DNA of 24,938 nt from a virus (Duplodnaviria; Caudoviricetes), in the IMG/VR virus record IMGVR_UViG_3300049141_000142, positions 1-24,938 of that record. The stretch is one strand, 5' to 3'. Position 1 is the stretch's first letter, and each line of letters begins with the position of its first letter. A model generated the notes under the pieces. It saw nothing but the letters and a program-made list of their open reading frames with translations, was not told where the DNA came from and searched no databases. Made by a program: the position numbers and the translations under genes. Of this stretch, positions 1 to 8,221 are shown one piece after another.

Positions 1-249
1 TCACCATTGCCCTGCGGCGCCGTCCGGCAGGATCAGGCGGGCAGGCCTCGCAGCCGAGGCCGGGCGCGCCCTGGCGTCGGCGCCCCGAGCAATGGTGGGC
101 AGGCCCGCTCGCCGGGGACGTGGATGCGGCGACTGTCGCGCGATGCCGGCACGGCGGCCGGCGCCTCCTCCCAGCTCCATGAAGAAGCCTGCATACTCGA
201 GGACGCTGGGCGCGGCGCTGCCCGCCACCGGGAGGCGAAGGCGGTTCAT
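1..249 (-). CDS. hypothetical protein (doubtful)
   Basis: ATG at 249 with GAGG 4 nt upstream; TGA at 1-3; Arg/Ala/Pro-rich, no recognisable motif. Confidence 0.3.
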   Translation of the reverse strand: MNRLRLPVAGSAAPSVLEYAGFFMELGGGAGRRAGIARQSPHPRPRRAGLPTIARGADARARPASAARPARLILPDGAAGQW

Positions 250-258
250 GGCGCCTCT

Positions 259-579
259 TCAACGGTGCGGAACGGATCCGCGCATCAGGGAGAGCGTGAC
301 CTGATCGCGGCCAAGAACGATATCGGCCCGACGCCCGTTCGGTGGCCTGTACAATCGTTGCAGGTGACCGCGCGCGAGAATCTCGGGAAGGCGTTCCCGC
401 ACCCAGACGTCACCGTCCACGCCGTCGACGGCGCTTCGTTTCGCGGCGATGTGCCGTAGTCCGAAGCCACCCCGGAAAATGCGGTTGCCATTGCCGGCGG
501 TCCCGAGGAGGAAACTGATGTCGCCCACATCCTCGCGGTACATCGCGCTGGGCAGGTTCTGCTGCGTGTCACTCATCAT
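259..579 (-). CDS. PBECR-like (phage Barnase/EndoU/colicin E5/RelE fold) nuclease domain, probably truncated
   Basis: AMYREDVGDISFLLG...GGFGLRHIAAKR resembles the AFYR.DIGDIDLVWG...GYGLAHI motif I recall from phage polyvalent-protein nuclease domains; GGAG upstream of the ATG; ends early at ...SLMRGSVPHR. Confidence 0.5.
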   Translation of the reverse strand: MMSDTQQNLPSAMYREDVGDISFLLGTAGNGNRIFRGGFGLRHIAAKRSAVDGVDGDVWVRERLPEILARGHLQRLYRPPNGRRADIVLGRDQVTLSLMRGSVPHR

Positions 580-672
580 TCAGAAGCTCCCTGCGCTGCC
601 GGCCATCAGAATTGCTGGGCGTCGTTTCCTGCCACGCAGCAGCGCCGTCGCTCCGGCCGGGGCTGCTGCGCA

Positions 673-1170
673 TTACGCCTCATCGAGCAACCCGCGCCGG
701 CCGCGCCGGATCGCGGCCGCGCCCGGCACCGCCGTGCGCAGATACGGGTTGCCTGGTATCGGCTGGCGCATCGGCAGCGCGCCGGCCTGCGGCCGGTGGC
801 CCGGCGGGGCGGCGCCGGTCGCGATGGGCGCCGGCTGTCCTCTCCCACGGGCCTGGGCGCCTACCAAGCCGTGGGCCGCGCGCAGCAGCGCCGCCACATC
901 GACGCGCTGTCCATCCTTGAAGCCGCCCCCGGACAGGCCGAGCCGCGTCATGAGGTCGCGCGCATCCGGCGTGACCGCGGCGTCGGGCTTGCCGAGCCCG
1001 TCGATGCCCTCGGCCGGGATCGGCGTACCGGCCGCCATCTTCGCGAGATCGGTACCCGCCGTGCCGGCCGCGCCCGTCGCGGGGGCCGCGGTTGCCGCGG
1101 CATGGGCCGCGTTGCCCCATTGATCGACCAGCATCTTCAGCCACTCGGGGTCGAATCCCATTCCGCTCAT
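673..1170 (-). CDS. hypothetical virion-associated protein, 165 aa
   Basis: ATG at 1170 overlaps the upstream stop (TGATG); Ala/Gly/Pro-rich; C-terminus RRGRRGLLDEA. Confidence 0.7.
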   Translation of the reverse strand: MSGMGFDPEWLKMLVDQWGNAAHAAATAAPATGAAGTAGTDLAKMAAGTPIPAEGIDGLGKPDAAVTPDARDLMTRLGLSGGGFKDGQRVDVAALLRAAHGLVGAQARGRGQPAPIATGAAPPGHRPQAGALPMRQPIPGNPYLRTAVPGAAAIRRGRRGLLDEA

Positions 1171-2159
1171 CACGCGCTTAGCCCCCCGTAGAGGCCGCCG
1201 GCGACGGCACCGATCGCGGTGCCCCACGGTCCGAACATCGATCCCATCGACGCGCCGCTCGCCGCGCCGCCGAGCGCCCCCATCGCCGGGCTGGTGCCGC
1301 CGGTTGTCGGCATGGTGCTCACCGTCGTCCCGCCATAGGGCGTGCCGCCGAGTGCGGCGAGCCGCGTCTGCAACTGCTGCATCGGGTAGTTCCACTGCTC
1401 CAGGAAGCGCGCGTAGTTCTGGTCGAGATTGGCCTGGTCGAGCTGCTGCTGCTGCCCGCCGATACCCTCCAGCGCCGCGATGTCCGTGTAGTTCGCCTGC
1501 TGCGCGTTCTGCCCGAGCTGCCCGGCGAGGCCGAGCGCCTGCAGGTTCAGCCCGGCGCCCTGCAGCCCGGCGCTTTGGTTCGCCATCGCCGCCTGCAAGC
1601 CGCGCGTCAGATCCTGCTGTGCCATCGCCTGGGCATTGGTAAAGGCGCCGCTGCGGAGCTGGGCGGAGAGCTCGCCCGCCTTCTGCGCCGCCGTCGCGTC
1701 CACGACGCCCGCCTGCAGCGCCTGGCGGCTGCCGCCGAAGGCGCGCGCCGAGACTGCGCGATCGGCCAGGCTGTTCTGCGCCGCCTGGCGCTGCTGCTCC
1801 AGCCCGTTCAGCGCGCCGGTTTCGACCGCGCTCAGATAAGGGTTCATGTAGGCGCCGAGATCGGTGCCCGGCAGCGTGCCGGCCGTGACCTGTTGCGGCT
1901 GATAGCCGGCGAGGCCCTGGGCGCCGACGGCGAGGCCTTGCAGGAAGTTGCCGGTCTGCCCCTGCATGCCGCGCACGCCCTGCTGCGCCGCGAGCTGGTC
2001 CGGTGAGAAGCCGGCGATGCGCGGCCCGTCATATTGCTGCAGCGGCCGGTCCGCGACTTCCTTCGAGAAGTCGAGCGTGTCCTGCGCATAGGCATCGAGC
2101 CATGGCGGCAACCGCTGCTCGGTGGTCTGCGTCGTGTTCTTCGGTGCGGATCCGCCCAT
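1170..2159 (-). CDS. putative DNA pilot / ejection (internal virion) protein
   Basis: Gln/Ala/Gly-rich, motifs LPPWL..Y, AYMNPY, AFGGSR, and a Gly-zipper C-terminus (GPWGTAIGAVAGGL); lies downstream of the nozzle and GNAT-like genes as in podoviruses. Confidence 0.75.
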   Translation of the reverse strand: MGGSAPKNTTQTTEQRLPPWLDAYAQDTLDFSKEVADRPLQQYDGPRIAGFSPDQLAAQQGVRGMQGQTGNFLQGLAVGAQGLAGYQPQQVTAGTLPGTDLGAYMNPYLSAVETGALNGLEQQRQAAQNSLADRAVSARAFGGSRQALQAGVVDATAAQKAGELSAQLRSGAFTNAQAMAQQDLTRGLQAAMANQSAGLQGAGLNLQALGLAGQLGQNAQQANYTDIAALEGIGGQQQQLDQANLDQNYARFLEQWNYPMQQLQTRLAALGGTPYGGTTVSTMPTTGGTSPAMGALGGAASGASMGSMFGPWGTAIGAVAGGLYGGLSA

Positions 2160-2160
2160 C

Positions 2161-2520
2161 TCAAAGCTCCTTCACATACAGCGTGGCGCGCGGCGCGTAG
2201 CCGTGCCGGCGCGCGAGTCGCGCCCAACCCTTGCGGCCCAAGGCCTCGGCGCGCAGCGCACCGCGATCGCGGGCCCAGCCCTCGATGGCGGGCAGCAGGG
2301 CGCAGCCTTCGTGGATGTTGCCCGCCGCCAGCCAGTGGCGCAGCGCGAGGCCGCGCGGGTAGCGCAGCATCTCCGTCACCGCGACCGTGTCGCCCTGCTG
2401 CCAGAACTGCGCGCGGCCTGCGCGGATCGCGGCCACCACATCGGCGAGCGTCGTCATGCCGCCATCCTCGGCGACCGCGCGCTCGAGCTTCGCGAGCAGG
2501 CGGGCTTCGCCCTCCGTCAT
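2161..2520 (-). CDS. phage GNAT-fold-like protein, 119 aa
   Basis: ATG at 2520 coupled (ATGA) to the upstream stop; IEGWAR..G......GRKGW.R motif and YVKEL end, typical of small proteins between nozzle and pilot genes. Confidence 0.75.
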   Translation of the reverse strand: MTEGEARLLAKLERAVAEDGGMTTLADVVAAIRAGRAQFWQQGDTVAVTEMLRYPRGLALRHWLAAGNIHEGCALLPAIEGWARDRGALRAEALGRKGWARLARRHGYAPRATLYVKEL

Positions 2521-2723
2521 CCCTGGATCTTCTCGGCCGAGAGCGCGCCGGCATTGCTGACGGTGACGCGCCAGACGCTGCGGTCCGGCGCCTGCAGCAG
2601 GATCGCGGGCGCGGCTTCCTGCGTGGAGTGCAGGGCCAGGAAGCCGCGGCGCAGCGCGTCGAAGGCCTGGCGCAGCGCCACCGCATGCGGGCCGGCGCCG
2701 GGATCGGGCAGGTCGAGCCTCAT
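2517..2723 (-). CDS. small phage tail-associated protein, 68 aa
   Basis: ATGA-coupled on both sides; C-terminal ILLQAPDRSVWRVTVSNAGALSA beta-rich motif seen in small post-nozzle phage proteins. Confidence 0.75.
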   Translation of the reverse strand: MRLDLPDPGAGPHAVALRQAFDALRRGFLALHSTQEAAPAILLQAPDRSVWRVTVSNAGALSAEKIQG

Positions 2724-4234
2724 CGCCCCGCCCCCGGCTGCGCGTCAAGCCGGAGCTCGCCGAGGCTCCAGTCGCCGTCCTGCGCTGCCTCGATGCGCAG
2801 CCGGATGTCGCGGCCGGAGAAACGGCAATCGGTCCAGCCATCCGCACCGGGCATGAAGGGGCCCTCGACGTATTCGGGGCCGTCGCCGGCCTCCTTGGTG
2901 AAGGCCAGCATGCGCGTCGCCGCGAAGCCATGGCCGCTGTCGAACTGCGCTTGAGAGACCTCGATGCGCTGGTCGCCGCCGCCGATCGCGATATTCGCGG
3001 TCTCCGCCCAGACTTCGCCGACCCGGGTCAGCCCGGCGGCGGTCCAGCCCTTCTCATGCTCGAAGATATGGCCGTCGCTGCCGGCCATCACCGGATAGGG
3101 AGCGACGCTCGCCGCCAGCATGGCGCTGCGCGGCAGCGCGCCGACCGACCACCAGTTCTCCTGCCAGTTCCAGATCACGTAGCGGTCGCATTCGGTCTGG
3201 CCCTGGGACGGGTAGAAGAACCAGGCTTCGGGGAAGAGGCCGTTCACCGCGGCATGCACGCGCGACTGGCCCGCGAAGGCGTCGATGCCGGCGAAGAGAA
3301 AATGGGCGACGTCGCAAGGCAGCGGCCGCACCGCGCCGCCATCGAAGACCCAGAAGGTCTGCCGGCCCATCCAGATCACCGTGCTGCTGCTGCTCGCGAA
3401 GCTGTAAGGGCTGAACAGGCTGCAGGCTTCGCCGATGCGCTCGAAGGCATAGACGAAGGGCTGGCCGATATAGCGTGCCAGCCAGACATCGCTGTCCGTG
3501 AAGATCAGCACGCCGCCGCGCACGCGCACCGCATTGACGATGAAGCCGGAGATGGAGAGGTCGAAGAAGCCCGCGCTGTTGCCGGGATTGGCGAAATCCC
3601 AGTCGTTGATGTCCTCGCGCGAGCACCAGGCGACGCGATAGGGCACGCCGCCGGCGCCGAACAGCATCACATGCCGCTCCTCGGTGACCAGCATGGCGAT
3701 GCTGTGCTGCGGCGCATCGGCAACCGGGGCTGCTTTCGCCGGCAGCGGCAGCACCGTGGTGTCCCAGAGCAGCAGGCGCCCGTCGCTGCCGCAGAGTGCC
3801 AGCAGGTTAGCGCCGAAATTGTCGAGGCTCCAGATCACCGGCCGCCCGAACAGCCGCCCATCGGCCAGCGGCCGCGGCGTGCCATAGGCATCGGCATTGT
3901 AGGGGCCGATGCCATAGCCGCTCTCGGTCGCGAGCGGCGGCGTCGGCTCGAAATCGGCGGGCGTGATGTCGGTGACCGTGCCGCCTTCGAGGATCTGCAG
4001 CTTGCTGTCGCTGCCGAGCGCGATGCGGAAGATGTCCTGCAGGTCGCGCCAGGCCGAGAGGCGGCGAACGGGTTCCGCGAGCGGTGCCGCGGTGTTGCGC
4101 TGCCAGCCGCCGACCGGCAGCAGATGGTCGCCGCGCCAGCGGATGAGGTTCGCATCCCAGTAGCGGTTCCGCGCGCGGGACGGCGTCGCGGCCTTCACCA
4201 CACCCGGGGGCAGTTTGATCGGCTGCATCGCCAT
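2720..4234 (-). CDS. tail nozzle / tail tubular B-like (beta-propeller) protein, 504 aa
   Basis: GGAGG then ATG at 4234; N-terminus PIKLPPGVVK..T......RYWDANLIRWR, then GYG.GPY...AYGTPR, WSLDNFG, VAWCSRED..DW; aromatic beta-rich repeats. Confidence 0.8.
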   Translation of the reverse strand: MAMQPIKLPPGVVKAATPSRARNRYWDANLIRWRGDHLLPVGGWQRNTAAPLAEPVRRLSAWRDLQDIFRIALGSDSKLQILEGGTVTDITPADFEPTPPLATESGYGIGPYNADAYGTPRPLADGRLFGRPVIWSLDNFGANLLALCGSDGRLLLWDTTVLPLPAKAAPVADAPQHSIAMLVTEERHVMLFGAGGVPYRVAWCSREDINDWDFANPGNSAGFFDLSISGFIVNAVRVRGGVLIFTDSDVWLARYIGQPFVYAFERIGEACSLFSPYSFASSSSTVIWMGRQTFWVFDGGAVRPLPCDVAHFLFAGIDAFAGQSRVHAAVNGLFPEAWFFYPSQGQTECDRYVIWNWQENWWSVGALPRSAMLAASVAPYPVMAGSDGHIFEHEKGWTAAGLTRVGEVWAETANIAIGGGDQRIEVSQAQFDSGHGFAATRMLAFTKEAGDGPEYVEGPFMPGADGWTDCRFSGRDIRLRIEAAQDGDWSLGELRLDAQPGAGR

Positions 4235-4253
4235 CGCGGCACCTCCGCCATCC

Positions 4254-4282
4254 CTGTCCAGTGGACGGGGGTGTGATGCAAG
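4254..4282 (-). promoter_or_regulatory. repeated 29-bp bipartite motif, copy upstream of nozzle
   Basis: Minus strand CTTGCATC-ACACCCCCGTC-CACTGGACAG, 19 nt before the ATG at 4234. Confidence 0.75.
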
Positions 4283-4287
4283 GGTTG

Positions 4288-4411
4288 ATGCACGGGAATG
4301 ATGGACCTGGTGAAGCAGGGCTATTTCCCGGCTGGCTGCCGGATCCTCTATGCCCATCTCGGCGGCGCGCCGGCGCTGAACGGCTACGCCTACGCCTTCC
4401 GCAACGGCCGA
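4288..4411 (+). pseudogene. acdS: 3'-terminal relic of ACC deaminase
   Basis: MHG(+1 shift)[37 protein letters not shown] matches the AcdS C-terminus (MHGMI..V..G.FP.GS.VLYAHLGG.PALN.Y...FRNG*); the expected stop reads CGA at 4409-4411; no 5' part is present. Confidence 0.85.
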
Positions 4412-4425
4412 AGCCATTGATCGGC

Positions 4426-4455
4426 GCCGCGCGGCGAGGCTGATCGCCGCGCGGC
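4426..4455. terminator. GC-rich hairpin between convergent acdS relic and spanin gene
   Basis: 12-bp perfect stem GCCGCGCGGCGA / TCGCCGCGCGGC with 6-nt loop; no clear U-tract. Confidence 0.55.
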
Positions 4456-4460
4456 ATCCG

Positions 4461-4652
4461 TTACCATCCGCAGAGCCGGCGCCCGGTCTCGTTGTGCGCC
4501 AGGATGTCGGCGGCCGTGCCGCGCGTCAGCGCGTCTTGCCGGCTGACCAGGATCGGCCGCCACGGCCCGCAGGCGTCAATCCCGCGACCAGTCCCGGCGC
4601 AGCCGCTCAGCAGGGTCAGGCTCGCGAGCCACAGCACGCTCCACCGTATCAC
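4461..4652 (-). CDS. o-spanin (Rz1-like lipoprotein), 63 aa
   Basis: GGAGG then GTG at 4652; signal peptide with lipobox LSGC; further Cys residues; overlaps the i-spanin 3' end in another frame. Confidence 0.85.
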   Translation of the reverse strand: MIRWSVLWLASLTLLSGCAGTGRGIDACGPWRPILVSRQDALTRGTAADILAHNETGRRLCGW

Positions 4653-4830
4653 GGGTCCTCCGGTTTTCGATGTCGCGCCCGAGGGCGCGGTTGCCCGCCT
4701 GCAGGCGTTCCTGCTGTCGACCGCTGAGGAAGGCATAGCCGAGCGCCGCAACCGCCACGCCGACGGCGAGGAGGATGCGGCCGGCCTTGGTCCCGGCGAA
4801 CCAGCTCCAGGCCGCGAGGAGCGCACTCAT
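4576..4830 (-). CDS. i-spanin (Rz-like), 84 aa
   Basis: ATGA-coupled to the endolysin; N-terminal TM helix followed by a charged helical segment ending LRRDWSRD. Confidence 0.8.
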   Translation of the reverse strand: MSALLAAWSWFAGTKAGRILLAVGVAVAALGYAFLSGRQQERLQAGNRALGRDIENRRTRDTVERAVAREPDPAERLRRDWSRD

Positions 4831-5489
4831 GCCAAGGCTGCGCGGCGGCTCAGGATCACCGCGACCGCAACCGCGGCGGCGGCCAGCGCGATCGCCGCCA
4901 CCGCCTGCCAGGGCAGCCCGACCAGCGCCGCCAGGCCCGGGCCGGCCGCGCCGATCGCGCCGCCGATCGTCAGTGGCGTCGCGTTGGCTGCGACCGGCCC
5001 GGCCGGCGGCGCGGCCTCGACCGTGTTGCCCGCGACGTAGTCGCCGCGCACCCAGAGCCCGGCCTCGGCCGCGCGGCGGTTGACCAGGCCGGCGACGCGG
5101 CGGCCGCCGGCGCGGTTCCACTTCGCGAGCTCGGCCGGCACCGCTGCATAGTCGCCCGCGTTCAGCTTGCGCAGCAGGGTGGAGGTCGTGAAGGCGCGCT
5201 CCCCGACATTGAAGGCGAAGCTAACCAGCGCGCCGAACTGGTTGTCATTGAGCGGCACGATCACCGCCTCATCGACAGCAACTTCGAAACGCGCGAGGTC
5301 CTGGCGCAGCAGGCGCTCGGCTTCCGCCTCCGTGATGCGCTGCGCGATGCGCACGTCGCCAGTGTGGCCATAGCCGATGGTCCAGACCCCGGCGACATCC
5401 TGATAGGCGGAGAGCCGCAGGCCCTCCCACTGCTTGATCAGCGCGAGCGTCGCGCCGTTCACCCTGCGGGTGCCTGCGTCCAGCGTCAT
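4827..5489 (-). CDS. endolysin, GH24 phage lysozyme with hydrophobic C-terminal extension
   Basis: WEGLRLSAYQDVAGVWTIGYGHT (E-x8-D-x5-T triad), QFGALVSFAFNVG, STLLRKLNAG, GLVNRRAAE; C-terminal ~45 aa hydrophobic. Confidence 0.95.
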   Translation of the reverse strand: MTLDAGTRRVNGATLALIKQWEGLRLSAYQDVAGVWTIGYGHTGDVRIAQRITEAEAERLLRQDLARFEVAVDEAVIVPLNDNQFGALVSFAFNVGERAFTTSTLLRKLNAGDYAAVPAELAKWNRAGGRRVAGLVNRRAAEAGLWVRGDYVAGNTVEAAPPAGPVAANATPLTIGGAIGAAGPGLAALVGLPWQAVAAIALAAAAVAVAVILSRRAALA

Positions 5490-5707
5490 GCGTCGCTTTC
5501 TCCTTCCGGTGCCGCGAGCCAGATCGCGGCGGTCGAGAGGATCCCGACCGCGGTGATCGGCGATATGCCCTCGGTCGTCGCGACCTCGACCTGGCCGTCG
5601 TCATTGATCCAGGCGAGGCAGGCGAGGCGGGTCCCCGCCTCGCTCAGCCGCTCGGCCATCGCGACGAGCGGGTTCTGCGCCATGGGCGGCTTGCGTGGGC
5701 GGGTCAT
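5486..5707 (-). CDS. hypothetical protein, 73 aa
   Basis: GGAG then ATG at 5707; stop overlaps the endolysin start (ATGA). Confidence 0.7.
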   Translation of the reverse strand: MTRPRKPPMAQNPLVAMAERLSEAGTRLACLAWINDDGQVEVATTEGISPITAVGILSTAAIWLAAPEGESDA

Positions 5708-5720
5708 CGCGGCGTCTCCA

Positions 5721-5930
5721 TCAGCGCAGCCGCGCGAACCAGGCGAGCGCCGCGCCGATCGCGGCCGCCGTCGCGACCAGCAGCCCGACGACGCGCCAGC
5801 CGCCACGCACCTCGTTCAGCAGCCGCGTCAGCGCGGTGACCGACGCCTTGAGGTCGGCCATCTCCTCGCGGAGGTGCTGCACCTCCGCTTCCAGCGCGCC
5901 GAAGGCGCGGGCGTCGACGGGTGGGGTCAT
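5721..5930 (-). CDS. holin-like / coiled-coil + single TM phage membrane protein
   Basis: GGAG RBS; FGALEAEV coiled coil, GGWR, then a TM helix; lies upstream of the endolysin. Confidence 0.75.
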   Translation of the reverse strand: MTPPVDARAFGALEAEVQHLREEMADLKASVTALTRLLNEVRGGWRVVGLLVATAAAIGAALAWFARLR

Positions 5931-5981
5931 GCGGATGGCTCCGTTTGCGATGTGCGGGGAGGACAGCCGGGCGCGGCCAGG

Positions 5982-7115
5982 TCAGAGCGCGGCCTCCAAC
6001 GCCGCGATGCGGGCGGCCTGGGCCTGGACGATCGCGTGCAGGTCCTTGACCGCGTTGACGAGCGCCCAGGGGAGGGGACCGGCATCGAGGCGCAGCGCGT
6101 CCTCCAGGTCGATTTCGCCGAGAATTTCCCGACTGGCCGTGACGGTCTCGGGCATCGCCCGAAGCATGTCCTGCGCGATCCCGCCGATGTAGCGCCGGGT
6201 CGGATCGCGCCCGGTCGCGGCGCGGTAGCTATAGACCTTCGGGGTGATCCGCAGGATGGCGGAGAGGCCGGTGGTATAGGGCTCGATGCGTTCCTTGAAG
6301 CGCTCGTCTGAGATATCGGACCAGGGACCGCCGCCGGCCTTGTAAGCGCCACCGTCGTTGCGGAAGTCGAAGGCGGTCGCGCCGATGCCGATGCGCATCG
6401 CCGTATAGACGCCTGTGGCGTGGATCGTCTGGAGATTGATGGCGCTCCCCCAGCCGGGATCGCCTTGCACCAGGATCTGGTTCCAGACATTGCCTGGGTT
6501 GGTGATGTAGTCGCTGGTACTGAGCACCAGGCCGATGCCCTGGCTGGCGTAGAGCGCCTTACCGTGGGAGCTCCAGTTGATGCCCGCGGAGGCGCTGATG
6601 CTTCCGATCACGGAAAGGCCATTGCCGGCCGTCAGCGCGCCGCCAATGGTCACGGCGCCGTTTGCCCGATTGATCCCAAGCGCTGTGACGTCGCCGGCGC
6701 CGCTGTCGTTGAGGCGCGTGATGACGAAATCGCTGCCGGCGTTGCTGCCGGTTTCGGCCGCGGTATTGGCGCCGATATACCAGCGCCGGGACGTGCCGGT
6801 GCGGAAGCTGGCCAGGCGCCAGCGGCCGGCAGCGCCGTCGATATAGAGATTGGAATCGGCGGCGCCCGTCGTTGCAACGCGGAAGCTGGCGCCTGTCCCG
6901 CTCGCCGGTGCCAGGGTCAGCGCGCCCGTCATCGTATCGCCGGCCTTGGAGACGCGACCATTGGCATTGGCGTTCGCCGCCGCGGCATTGTCGAGCGCTG
7001 CCTTGACCTGGGTGTCCAGGATATCGGCATTGCCGTTCAGCATCGGCGCCCAGGCGTCGTCATCGCCGTTCGGGTCGGGCTTGGTCAGTCCCAGGTTCGG
7101 GGTCGTCGTGGCCAT
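5982..7115 (-). CDS. tail fibre with C-terminal intramolecular chaperone (Peptidase_S74-like), 377 aa
   Basis: GGAGG then ATG at 7115; TPNLGLTKP anchor, KAGDTMTG, ETGSNAGSDF..R..D.G; SDERFKERI...G.IAQD...PETV autocleavage chaperone and terminal coiled coil. Confidence 0.9.
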   Translation of the reverse strand: MATTTPNLGLTKPDPNGDDDAWAPMLNGNADILDTQVKAALDNAAAANANANGRVSKAGDTMTGALTLAPASGTGASFRVATTGAADSNLYIDGAAGRWRLASFRTGTSRRWYIGANTAAETGSNAGSDFVITRLNDSGAGDVTALGINRANGAVTIGGALTAGNGLSVIGSISASAGINWSSHGKALYASQGIGLVLSTSDYITNPGNVWNQILVQGDPGWGSAINLQTIHATGVYTAMRIGIGATAFDFRNDGGAYKAGGGPWSDISDERFKERIEPYTTGLSAILRITPKVYSYRAATGRDPTRRYIGGIAQDMLRAMPETVTASREILGEIDLEDALRLDAGPLPWALVNAVKDLHAIVQAQAARIAALEAAL

Positions 7116-7135
7116 TCCGGGTACCTCCACGATCC

Positions 7136-7164
7136 CTGTCCAGAGGACGAGGATAGGAGGCAAG
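7136..7164 (-). promoter_or_regulatory. repeated 29-bp bipartite motif, copy upstream of S74 fibre
   Basis: Minus strand CTTGCCTC-CTATCCTCGTC-CTCTGGACAG, 20 nt before the ATG at 7115. Confidence 0.75.
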
Positions 7165-7204
7165 CGGAAATGATTGGGTGAGGCGGGTGACGGGCCGGCG
7201 GCGG

Positions 7205-8188
7205 CTATTCGCGGCGCAGCCGGCGCAGCCGGCGCAGTCCCCACCGGATTGGGGAGGAGAGGCGCCAGAGACCGGAATCGCGCAGGCCTGGAGGCAGAAC
7301 GCCGCGCGCGTGTAGCGCCCGGTTCGCTGCCTTAAGGGAGGTAATCACGCGCGCAGCCGCGGCGCCTTCCTGCCAGTCCGTCGGCGTCCGCTCGGCCAGG
7401 GTCCCCGGCAGGGGTTCGGCCCGAGGGTGGCGGCAGACAAAGATCGCTGACACGCTATCGCCCATCATCAGGCACTCGGCCTCGACGGGCGGGAAGGTGA
7501 AATCGGTCTCGCGCATCGAGCCTTGTCGCTCAGGAAGCGCGGCCTCCCTGACTATCGCCTCCGAGCTAGCGAAGCGCCCAGCGCCGAAGTGGCCATGGCA
7601 TTGAACCTCTTCGAAAAAGCGATGGAGCTTTGCGCGCCAGGCGGTGGGCGGGATGTGATGAACATGGAATTCGTTCGCGATGTCCTGCTCCATCGCGGCG
7701 GGGTTGGAAATCGGCGGCACCGCCACCAGCACGGCGCCATCCGGGGCAACGACCCTCGCACACTCGGCAGCGAGCTGATCGACCGCCGCTACGTGCTCGA
7801 AGACGTTGGAGCTGAAGACCAGGCCGAACTCGTGATCGCCGAAGGGAAGAGGCCGGTTCAGGTCGGCCACCCGAAAATTGACGCGGTCGGCCGCATAGCG
7901 GCGGCGCGAGTGCTCCACGGCTTCAGGGCTACCTTCCAGCGCCTCCACTGCGGCAGCACCATGCCGTGCCAAATAGGCTGCCCCATACCCCGAGCCCGAG
8001 CCAACATCGAGCACCCTCTGCCCGGTCGCGAAGGCCGCGCCGAATCGATAGATCGAGAGATGCGCCCAATAAAGGAAGTTATCCCGAACTATGGCGCGCT
8101 CGCCTTGGTTGCTGAGGTCATCGTGGTCGGGAACGGGCGAAGTCATCGTCGATGAGGAGCCTTGGCGCATTTGCGCCCATACTGCCAC
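7205..8188 (-). CDS. class I SAM-dependent methyltransferase (accessory/moron gene); start uncertain (8188, 8170 or 8146)
   Basis: VLDVGSGSGYG motif I, LPF.D.EFGLVFSSNVFEHV, RVVAPDG; C-terminal SGLWRLSSPIR amphipathic motif; more A/T-ending codons than the core structural genes. Confidence 0.9.
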   Translation of the reverse strand: MAVWAQMRQGSSSTMTSPVPDHDDLSNQGERAIVRDNFLYWAHLSIYRFGAAFATGQRVLDVGSGSGYGAAYLARHGAAAVEALEGSPEAVEHSRRRYAADRVNFRVADLNRPLPFGDHEFGLVFSSNVFEHVAAVDQLAAECARVVAPDGAVLVAVPPISNPAAMEQDIANEFHVHHIPPTAWRAKLHRFFEEVQCHGHFGAGRFASSEAIVREAALPERQGSMRETDFTFPPVEAECLMMGDSVSAIFVCRHPRAEPLPGTLAERTPTDWQEGAAAARVITSLKAANRALHARGVLPPGLRDSGLWRLSSPIRWGLRRLRRLRRE

Positions 8189-8221
8189 CTGGCGATGGGC
8201 TTCACCAGCCGCCCAGAAGCG

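Noticed and set aside
4235-4417. N-terminal extension of the nozzle ORF to 4417 (likewise 7244, 13017, 13261, 15120 starts in the ORF track)
   Set aside because: Downstream ATGs have clear RBSs and family-typical N-termini; the extensions overlap promoter motifs, the acdS relic or adjacent genes.
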